Positions 1-11,600 of a stretch of 64,000 bases of DNA are shown one piece after another. Position numbers and translations under genes: made by a program. This DNA comes from Paragordius varius (lineage: Eukaryota; Animalia; Nematomorpha). The stretch is taken from positions 1,612,001 through 1,676,000 of the forward strand of contig OZ176057.1 in the NCBI GenBank assembly GCA_964247055.1, given 5' to 3'. The notes under the pieces are model-generated. The model searched no databases. It was not told the DNA's origin and saw nothing but the letters and a program-made list of their open reading frames with translations. Each line of letters opens with the position of its first letter. Position 1 is the first letter of the stretch.

Positions 1-944
1 TAATATAACTCTTATTATTCACTCATCTTTTTATTGTAAAATTATTCATATATTTAACCGAAATAAATATAAAGTACACCATAAAGTCAAAATTATGGAA
101 AATCTTTAAATTTATTTTTTAGATATCATCGTTTTTCAAACCCTTTCTTCAATAACTTTACTCAAAAATTTATTTATAAAATAAAAAAATTAAATTTTAA
201 ACCATTTTAAATAATCAATTTTAGTCTCCAGATTTACTATTCAATTGTTGTTACCTCAGCTCTGAAAACAATTTTTTATAAAAATGTTTGTTTTGATTAA
301 ATATTATTTTTTTTTTCATTTTTTACGTTTGCTCATTTATTTATTTATACGTAGTGTTCTTTAATTAAATTTCACAGGAGAATATTAATAAAGAATATTT
401 TAATTATATCAAAAATTTTTAATATTTTCATTTTATTCTAAAAATTATTTAAAATCTATAATTAATAATAATTAATGCACATTTAATTTAAAATTGGTAT
501 TAAAGTATTATATGCTATTTTATTTATTGACAATGTTAAAGATTTATACAATAATGCATAAGTGATAAATGCTTGAAAATCAAATAACATAAAAATAATA
601 TATTTTAAAAGGATATAAATATTATAAAAACCGTCGTAAATAATAATTATAAGGCAAAAAAGCAAGCAATTCATAATATTAAATTGTAAAAATATTTAAA
701 ATTTGCAGTTTTTTTACAACATCATTCAAATTTTGTGAATCATTCAAAAAAAGTTAAATTTTCCCAACATTTCGATAAATATATAGCTTTTGCAAGATTT
801 TGTTTATGGAAATCATAAAAGTCATGATACTATTATTTAAACATTCCAAAATTGTCAGAAAATCATCATAAAAATTTGCATTTTTTTTAGACAAACAAAA
901 GCATTATAGAAGTTTTATAAAAATTATTGTGCATATTGCCGTTT

Positions 945-3900
945 TTATCGCGTACACACGGCACAAGCAATCTCAGCCCCATCCGGATATTTGCGACAAG
1001 GCAAAGTTCCACACTTAACTTCAACGACGACAAGGACAGCTCCATCCTTATTGTTTTTGCCTTGGCCTGGAACGAGGTTAAGACCTCCCCCAGCCCGCCC
1101 AGTAGATTGGGCTTCTTCATCTACGCAAATGTACGAAGTACGAGTTTGCTTATCTAAACTGGCCATCAGGTAACCATTGTATTCATTGGTCCACCCGTCG
1201 GGACATCTAAACATGTGCAGTAAATAAAAAAGTTTAGAAACTTGAGTGAATTATGCTAGAAGAGTTCAAAATAATTATTCAAAAAGGTGGAAGGAAATGA
1301 GAATTATGTACTGGTCATCAAACCTTAAGGACATCTAAACATGTGCAGTAAATAAAAAAGTTTAGAAACTTGAGTGAAAAATTATTTAGAAAGGTGGAAA
1401 GGAATTAATATTATGGAAAACACATAACCATTGTATTCATTGGTCCACCCGTCGGGACATCTAAACATGTGCAGTAAATAAAAAAGTTTAGAAACTTGAG
1501 TGAATTATGCTAGAAGAGTTCAAAATAATTATTCAAAAAGGTGGAAGGAAATGAGAATTATGTACTGGTCATCAAACCTTAAGGACATCTAAACATGTGC
1601 AGTAAATAAAAAAGTTTAGAAACTTGAGTGAAAAATTATTTAGAAAGGTGGAAAGGAATTAATATTATGGAAAACATAACCATTGTATTCATTGGTCCAC
1701 CCGTCGGGACATCTAAACATGTGCAGTAAATAAAAAAGTTTAGAAACTTGAGTGAAAAATCATTTAGAAAGGTGGATGGAAAGGAAATTAAAATTATGGT
1801 AAACTGGTCATCAAGTAACTATTGTATTCATTGGTCCACCCGTCGGGACATCTAAACATGTGCAGTAAATAAAAAAGTTTAGAAACTTGAGTGAAAAATT
1901 ATTTAGAAAGGAGAATGGAAAGGAAATGAAGATTATGGTAAACTGGTCATCAAGTAACCATTGTACTCATTGGTCCACCCGTCGGGACATCTAAACATGT
2001 GCAGTAAATAAAAAAGTTTAGAAACTTGAGTGAAAAATCATTTAGAAAGGTGGATGGAAAGGAAATTAAAATTATGGTAAACTGGTCATCAAGTAACTAT
2101 TGTATTCATTGGTCCACCCGTCGGGACATCTAAACATGTGCAGTAAATAAAAAAGTTTAGAAACTTGAGTGAAAAATTATTTAGAAAGGAGAATGGAAAG
2201 GAAATGAAGATTATGGTAAACTGGTCATCAAGTAACCATTGTACTCATTGGTCCACCCGTCGGGACATCTAAACATGTGCAGTAAATAAAAAAGTTTAGA
2301 AACTTGAGTGAAAAATTATTTAGAAAGGAGAATGGAAAGGAAATGAAGATTATGGTAAACTGGTCATCAAGTAACCATTGTACTCATTGGTCCACCCGTC
2401 GGGACATCTAAACATGTGCAGTAAATAAAAAAGTTTAGAAACTTGGGTGAAAAATTATTTAGAAAGGTGCAAAGGAATCAAAATTATGGTAGAATGGTCA
2501 TCAAGTAACTATTGTATTCATTGGTCCACCCGTCATGTTTAAAAATGGGTTTTTGAGAGAAAAGTTATATGTTGCAAATGGTTTAAAATAATTATGGAAA
2601 ACATAACCATTGTACTCAATGGTCCACCCGTCGGGACATTTAATAATGTGCAGTAAATAAAAAAGTTTAGAAACTTGAGTGAAAAATTATTTAGAAAGGT
2701 GGAAAGGAAAAAATTAAAATTATGGTAGAATGGTCATCAAGTAACTAATGTATTCATTGGTCCATTCGTCATGTTTAAAAATGGGTTTTTGAGAGAAAAG
2801 TTATATGTTGCAAATGGTTTAAAATAATTATGGAAAACATAACCATTGTACTTCATTGGTCCACCCGTCGGGACATCTAAACATGTTTAAAGAACAAATG
2901 GAAATTAAAAAGTTTAGAAACTTGAGTAAAAAATTATTTAGAAAGGTGGAAAGGAAAAAATTAAAATTATGGTAGAATGGTCATCAAGTAACTAATGTAT
3001 TCATTGGTCCATTCGTCATGTTTAAAAATGGGTTTTTGAGAGAAAAGTTATATGTTGCAAATGGTTTAAAATAATTATGGAAAACATAACCATTGTACTT
3101 CATTGGTCCACCCGTCGGGACATCTAAACATGTTTAAAGAACAAATGGAAATTAAAAAGTTTAGAAACTTGAGTGAAAAATTATTTAGAAAGGTGGAAAG
3201 GAAAAAATTAAAATTATGGTAGAATGGTCATCAAGTAACTAATGTATTCATTGGTCCATTCGTCATGTTTAAAAATGGGTTTTTGAGAGAAAAGTTATAT
3301 GTTGCAAATGGTTTAAAATAATTATGGAAAACATAACCATTGTACTTCATTGGTCCACCCGTCGGGACATCTAAACATGTTTAAAGAACAAATGGAAATT
3401 AAAAAGTTTAGAAACTTGAGTAAAAAATTATTTAGAAAGGTGGAAAGGAAAAAATTAAAATTATGATAGAATGGTCATCAAGTAACCATTGTACTCATTG
3501 GTCCACCCGTCGGGACATCTAAAAATGTTTAAAGAACAAATGGAAATTAAAAAGTTTAGAAACTTGAGTGAAAAATTATTTAGAAAGGTGGAAAGGAAAT
3601 GAAGATTATGGTAAACTGGTCATCATGTAAATATTGTATTCATTGGTACCGTCAACACATTAAAGTTTGAAAAAGTGTGTAAAGGTTTTTAGCAAAATGT
3701 TTAAAAAGCAAAAAGAGTTTGTTGAGAGAAAAGTTATATGTTGGAAATATTTAAAAATAACACTAGTCGACAAATTTGGACATTTTTAAGCACCACCACT
3801 CAATCTTTTTAAATTATGACTAATTTCAGTGTTTTAAAACCGAATTTGAAAAATTTTTTGATCCCGCCAATCTTTTGAAATTTTATAGGTTTTTCAATTT

Positions 3901-6900
3901 TTCAAAAACAAGAGAAAATCGAGAGAAAATTAAATATAACTTTATAATAAAATGTTATTATATTATAAAATTAATATCATTTAATAAAGCGTTTTAAACT
4001 CTATCTTTTGAATATAAATATGTCATTTAAATATCAGAGAGAAAAAAATAGTACGGACTTAAACGTCAAAATTTAGTCTTTTTTTTTTCAAGTGAATTTT
4101 TAACACATATAATTAATTTTTTAAAAGATACTAAAAAAGGCATTCTATGGTTTAAACCTTCGGCTTTCAGATAGGCTATTATTTTTTTGTTGAATTTCGT
4201 TCTTTCGAGTACTTGTTAGACTTTTTCTCTTGAGTTGGTTCTTATAAAAAATCTTTTATTTATACCTAGTGGATATACCTTATTTTTTCAAAATTATTGG
4301 TTGTTTTGTATTTTGAATTTCAGATGGATGTTGTGTAGCCACTTTTAGTAGAATTTACTGTTATGGGGTTGGACCATTTGTATTTACCTAATTTATATTC
4401 AATTTAATTGTAGAATTTATCTAACTTTATTCTGTAAATTGGTTAATTGACATGTCAATTTGCCACGATTTTGCTTGCAAGTCTCTCTTATCGAACTTTA
4501 CGATTACTTATTGTTATCTTTGCCATATCTGGCATAATTATAGGATCGCTTGGGGGATATGCAGAGCTTGAGCAGCCGCCCATATCTATCACACTATACA
4601 TAAGCCCCTTTTCGATTTTTAATACTTTGGCTCTTAGCTTGTTTAGTATCTTATTTAATGCCTAGAATTTGTTATCCATGCATGGAATATTACTTGTATC
4701 GACTTGCTTGTTTGAATATTTAAACATATGTACACGAGGAATGATTGTTATTTTTGAATTAAATACAAATTTAAAAATTAAATTTTGGAAAAATCCTATT
4801 GGTGGCCTCAATTTTCTTTTTTGTTTTGGCCTTTCCATGCCATTAGGTATCAGAAAATGCAAAAATAATGGGGTGGTGCAAAACCTTGTTGAGCAGTGTA
4901 ATTATTCTAAAAGGTGAAAAGGAAATGAAATCACGGAAAACTGGTCATCAGGTAACCATTGTACTCATTGGCCTACCGTCAACACATTAAAGTTAATATG
5001 TTTAAAGCTGAGATTTTTAGCAAAATGTTTGAGTTTAGAGTGATATATTTAGCGAAAAGTTATGTTGGAAATAGTTGAAAATAATTATTTATAAAAATGA
5101 AAAGGAAATGAAAAATATGGTAAACTGGTCATCAAGTAACTATTGTACTCATTGGTCCACCCGTCGGGACATCTAAAGTTTAAATCAAAAAGGGGTTTGA
5201 TGAAGTTTTTAGCAAAATTGAGTGAGTGATATATTTAGAGAAAAGTTATATGTTGGAAAGAGTTAAAAATAATTATTCTAAAAGGTGGAAAGGAAATGAA
5301 AATCATGTTAAACTGGTCATCAATCTGTCAAGACATCTAATAATGTTTAAAATTTGAAAAATATGGTTTAAGTTTGGAAAATAAAGTTTAAAGTTGGAGG
5401 CGAAAGTTAGAATGTGATTGAGCTTTTTAAAAAATGTATGAAAAATTAAGTTTGAGGTAAAAATATAGTTTTTTGCAAAAAAGTTTGAGAATTGGAAAAG
5501 AAATTCGTAACTATTTACCTAAAACTACCAGGGACCATGAGTTGAGTGTTCCTTGGCACGTGACATACAGCGCAAACAGCTGTTTTCCCGTTAATCGCTC
5601 CACTCTTGATTCCGCTAACTAATCCGCCAAAACCGCCTTGACGGGGCCCACCCGCTCCAGCTCTGAAGGGGTTAGAACTGGGGTTTATGAGGTATTGAGC
5701 ACCATAAATTTTGCTTTTACTATCAATCGTATCAGTGTGTCGACTGAAAACCGGGTTATTGGGCAAACATAAGTAATTACCTCCACTGCCCGTTAAGAAA
5801 AAGTGTCCAGTACTGGGAACACCTATATAGTATATATTTGTATTGAGTTATAAGTATTTTAACAACTTTTGAATTTTTTACGTATATATTAGGTTAAACT
5901 TATGAATTAATACACTCTATTCGCCCCGAAAGGATAGAAAAATTCTTATGTGTATTTGAAAATTACAAAACAATTTCAGTGTTTAAGTATAGGGGAAAAT
6001 ATATAGTTGAGCTTAAAGTACAGTAAAAGATGGGATTTATACGGAAAAAACGTCAAAACTGTAGAAACAAATTAAGACCGCTATTCTTTTTTAAACTTGA
6101 TTTTTTTTAATTATAATTCATTGTTTTAAATAGTAAACCATGAAATATAAATGTAAATTGGTAGCACAATTAATCATATATTTTACAATTGTATGCTAAT
6201 AATTTTTACAGCCATGTATTCTTTATTTTATCAAAAATTTATTTTTTTCGTTAAATGGGTATAAATATTTGGTAAATAATGGAAAAAACAAGAGCTATAT
6301 GGTATTATACACAATTGATTACATCCTTATATTTTGTCCCATTCTTTACCAAATATTTATACTCTTTAACGAAAAAATAATTTTCGATAAAATAAAGGAT
6401 ACATGACTATATAGGAAAAATTAAGGTTCAAAACAAGTTTGGTGAAAAAAACATTGACATTATTATGTTTTTACGATTTGTAACTGTATAATAAGTTCAA
6501 TTTTTACTGCACATCATAAAATTTTGCTGTTCAACTTTTTAAAATATCCTTTAACATAAATTTCCAATCAGCCATTCACCAAAATCAAAATTTAAATAGT
6601 ACAAACGCACCATGATAATGTTTTTGCGTTATTTCATGTAATAACCCTATTTTTAAAAACAAAAGTTCAAGCAATAAAATTATTTGATGAGTGACAATAA
6701 AAATATATCCATTTTTATCTATCTTTCTACCAAAAACAAAATGAAAATAGTACACACGTACCATCATAAAGTTTTTCAGCACCCGCAGCGCAATCTGTGC
6801 GACCCCAACGGATGTAAGTGGAAGAACCTTGTCCAACTTGAGGCATACTGAAAGCTTGGCAATTGCAATCATCATCTTTCCCAGGCACTCCGTTAACACC

Positions 6901-8596
6901 TGGGGCGCCGGGCTCTCCGGGACGGCCTGAGGCACCGCGTGAACCCGGTTTCCCTGGCGTTCCCGAAAAACCGGGTCGGCCATCGGCTCCTGGGGCTCCA
7001 GACTCTCCGGAATCACCCTAGATCGAATATTATTAGAATGAATGCGCACACAAGTGAAAAAAATTTAATGAATGTTAGTAGGTTTGGTTTAATTTTTTGA
7101 CTTATATTAACTTTGGTTTTTTTAAAATAATGCGCAGTTCCCGAAAAACCGGGTCGGCCATCGGCTCCTGGGGCTCCAGACTCTCCGGAATCACCCTAGA
7201 TTCAATATTTTTATTGTCAAAAATTGTTGTGAAATGGTTTGACCACGGCAAATTTTCCCGCCCCAACTGAAAAATATAATGAATGTTAGTTGGTTTTGTT
7301 TTTTGAGGTTAACTTAAATTATATTAACTTTGTTTTTACATAAATAATAAGGTGTTTTCGATAAACCGGGTCTATCATCGGCTTCTGGGGCCTGGATTTC
7401 CCTACATTAGATATCTTTTATTAAATTTGCAGTTTTTAAAGGAATAATGTTAAAGCTAAAGCTTAAGTTCTATAAGCATCACTCTGGATACATATGTTTT
7501 TTAACTGTAACGTTGATAAAATGCGACGGAAAGTAAAAAAAAATGTTGGAGTGTATGGGATCAAAGATATTCTTTTTTTAACTTCCTATTTTGAAAATAT
7601 TAGCGTATGAAACTTATTACAACGGGCCTGCCATATCGGTTCTAGCCTTTGCTAAGTCACACTAGACCATACCGTTATATTACAAACTATCATGTGGTAT
7701 CAATTAACCAATAGGAGTTATTTTAAGTTTACACATAATTTTTAGTAAGTATTTTAATGAAAGATATTATTAGAATTGCCAAGTATGGCGTTAAGGGTGT
7801 AAACACATACTTTTAAAAAATGACCGATCTAATTTGATAAACTAAAAATATCCAAAAATCATAGACACATCGATTTTACCCTTCCGTACAAAAAAAACTA
7901 TTCTAAAATTGAGAATGTATCGATATTGAAGAATATGGTAGATAAACTCATCGCCACAAGACAGGATAACTCACTTATTTCGGCCGTTCTTAACGAAAAC
8001 CATCTGTTTTTAAAAAGTTTAGTTTTAGCAAGTTTAACCCTCTTAAACCTTTTTTCATTCAACACATATTTTTTCACCGTTAATTATTCAATTCGATAGA
8101 GTTATTTTTTTGCAAAACAAAAAAACAAATTATTTATTTAGGCAGTTCCCCAAGAAATGAATTATTACAATTTAATATCTGCCAAAATCTAGTTTATTTT
8201 TACACTTTTAAGCCTCATAACCTTTTTTCTTTCAAAACAAATGTTTGACCGTTAATGATTTTTATCGATTCAAGAATAGAAAAAAAGTTTTAAATTAAAC
8301 TTTTACACAATAACCCTTTTTCTTCACCGTAAATGATTCAATTCAATAAAATTTGTGTAAAAAATGGTTATTTACCACTTCGCCTTGGGATCCTCGCTCA
8401 CCTGGGGCACCATCTTTCCCTGGGGCTCCATCAGAACCGGCTTGTCCTGGGGCACCTGGGCGCCCAGGTTGACCTGGCAGTCCAATATTTCCGGGTGCGC
8501 CCAAGGGTCCATCTAGACCGGCTGCGCCGGGATCTCCGCGTGGTCCTGGCGGTCCCTGAAAGGAAAAGAGAAAAAATTATCCATATTCTATGTATG

Positions 8597-8654
<58 letters not shown>

Positions 8655-11600
8655 TTTTGGAAAATTAAGTATAGGAGAATAAAAAAAGAAAATGAAACTG
8701 TGTATTCTTTTGTTTTGGAAAATTAGTAGGTTAAAACTGTTTTTCTCTTAAACAGAAAGGATATATCTTACTCTGCAGGTTAAATTACTTTATGTCAAAA
8801 CTTCCTTTACATTTTGTTTTATATTGGCTTAAATTTTATAATTTTCCAATATCACAATATTTTTTCATTTCTCTCTCCGTCTCTGTTCTACTAAAAACAA
8901 ATTGAAAAAATATTTTTTTCATCTTACCGTAGGTCCATCAGCTCCCGGTTCTCCATCAAGGCCTGGGAAACCATCATTGCCTGGAGCGCCATCATTCCCT
9001 GCCAGGCCTGGAATGCCAGGGGCTCCATCGTTTCCAGGAATTCCGGGATTTCCATCGGCACCCGGTTGCCCCGGGATACCGTCTTTTCCGGGGGCGCCAT
9101 CTTGACCCGGATTTCCGTCACTTCCAGCATTCCCATCGGCCCCATCTTTCCCTGGGGCTCCACTATCGCCTGGGGCCCCGGGCTCTCCATCGGAGCCGGG
9201 ATCGCCGTCGCGACCTCGTGACCCGTCAAAACCGGGCTGCCCGTCACGACCGGGTCGGCCATCTCCCCCGGGTTGACCGTCATTTCCAGCACGTCCGGGT
9301 GCGCCCTATGAGTGTACAATAATAAATGAACGCTAAATTTGTTAAAACGCTGAAAATTTTATATTCCATTTACTTTTAATATCCGTTATTAATTTAAATG
9401 TAATTTTCAGATAAATTTTATGCATAATATTTTAAAAAAGGAAATCATCAGAATAACATTGATTAAGTTGTTACTAGCCCAAAAAATTAATGGGTAAGCG
9501 TATATGATTTTCCCCTCTATCTCAAAAACAAACACTTATCCCTAATAATCTCCATTTAAAAAAGATAACACTGCTTATATCAGTTAATAAAAATCAAAAA
9601 ACTTACAATCGGACCATCAGGACCGGGAGCTCCGTCTAAACCGGGTTCGCCGTCAGCTCCAGGGAAACCGTCAGCGCCATCTTGGCCTTGGTCTCCATCT
9701 CTGCCATCAGACCCTGGGTTTCCAGCTGGGCCCTAACAAATTTTATTTAATCTTATTGATAACAAGTATGTTTGTAATTGGTATTTGTGACAGAGCCTTA
9801 GATAATTTTTGCAGTGAGATGCATCCGAGAATAATTAATTTTTTTGCTTTGCAATATACGAACAGAAAACATTTTTGCCAATAATTCAATTTTTTATCTT
9901 TTTTTAAAAAAAAATAGCCTTGTACTAACTATAATAATATAAGTTAGCCAATATATCGTCTTTAAATTAACCCAATTTCAGTTATAACCGAATTTTCGGA
10001 CACTTATTTTTACTACGATTAAATCACCAGGTATTAAAATTTTTTTTGGGTATATACAAAAGCTTTTGTTTCCAAAATAGATAATTAACATTTTTGCGAT
10101 TTCTCTTAGTTGTAGTGGTATAAAATAACATATCTTTCATCAATTTTTTTCGTGAAAAAAAGACGAGAAAAGAAATTTTACCTTAGGACCTGGTTTTCCT
10201 GGGGTTCCGTCTCGCCCTGGGGCACCGGCTTCTCCGGGGGCGCCATCTTTTCCTGGATTTCCATCTGATCCGGGCTCACCATCTTGGCCAGGAGCTCCAG
10301 CTGCACCCTAATATGATTAATAAGTTCTTTTTTTATTGGTATAAAAAATATACTATAAAATAAGCATATAATTAATTGAACGATAATAATAATAACTTAT
10401 CCTTATTTTATTTTAAAGTTGGACATGTGTATATCATATATATCTTAAGAAATATATAATATGGATAATTTATGATTTACCCAAAATTTTAACCTTTAGT
10501 ATTTCAGAAACAAACAGAATAATGACATATAATAAAAATTCATTTAGGGTTATAAATACAAAAACTATCTATAATTCAATAATAAAAATATTATTCATGC
10601 TATAACTATCGGCCAATTTAATCATTTAAACGGGTTAATATTCATCACAAAAATATCAATGATATAACTTCTCCATTCTGCTATTATATTAATTTCAGTA
10701 AAAAATAGTTGTTTTTTACCAACAAACAAAAACTCACTCAGCCAAAGAATAAAAAAATAAAAAAAATACTCTAAATCCAGGTCTACCCGGCTGTCCACTG
10801 TTTCCATCGCGACCTGGGCTACCTGATTTTCCATCTTTTCCTGGGCGACCGGGGGCTCCATCGTTCCCCGGGTTTCCAGGGGCTCCGCTATCGCCCTGAA
10901 AAGTTTTAGAATATTTAATTGCAAAAGATTATTCAATTCTGCTATCTTATTTTATTTAAAACATAAGATATCGCGCTCAATCAAACACTTCGTTATTTTA
11001 TCAGCTGTGTTTTTGAATATGTAATTTTAGACATTTCAAAATGTATAAATATATATATATAAATACACCAATCGATAATTGATTCAAATCTTTTTTGGCA
11101 CCTTTATTTCATTATTATAAGCATACTTTATTCATTTTTTTCCAGTTTCGATTTAAATCTAATAATTATTCTTTTCAACTTGACAAAGCTTTTACCAAAC
11201 ATAATCAAAAATTAAAAATTTATTAAAAATATAAATTGTTTATTTTTTTAAGTTCATTCATATATACGCATTTTTTTGCCATTTATATCAACTCTATTTA
11301 TCTAGTTTTTTGAATATAAAATTAATTTTTCGAAAAAAAAAACCAAAAAAATTGAAATTATTAAATTTTCTAAAATTATATACCGGTTCTCCATCTGCAC
11401 CAGGTAAACCATCAGCACCTGGGTTCCCGTCTTGGCCTTTACCCCCGGGGATTCCTGGGGCACCGTCGATCCCTGGTTGACCATCACGACCTCGGTCTCC
11501 ACCGGGTCCCTGTAAAATTTTTGGATAAAAATAGAAAATAGAAAATATACTTGAATAAAATAATTGCTGAGTTTTTGTTAGAGTAAACATTAAAGATTTT

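Noticed and set aside
887-1173. ORFs 887-1120, 927-1157, 991-1173
   Set aside because: Shadow frames of collagen exon 12.
1170-3670. CRISPR-like array
   Set aside because: Eukaryotic intron; the inter-repeat segments are themselves repeated rather than unique spacers, the repeat is a copy of an exon boundary, and there are no cas genes.
8000-8340. Degenerate short repeats just downstream of the exon-9 donor
   Set aside because: Only intron sequence is repeated and no exon or donor copy was evident; too decayed to interpret.
6585-11502. ORF-track peptides 6585-7049, 8333-8653, 8902-9105, 8924-9319, 10622-10936, 11302-11502
   Set aside because: Off-frame or antisense readings of GC-rich collagen exons; the Gly-X-Y frame bounded by AG/GT explains them.
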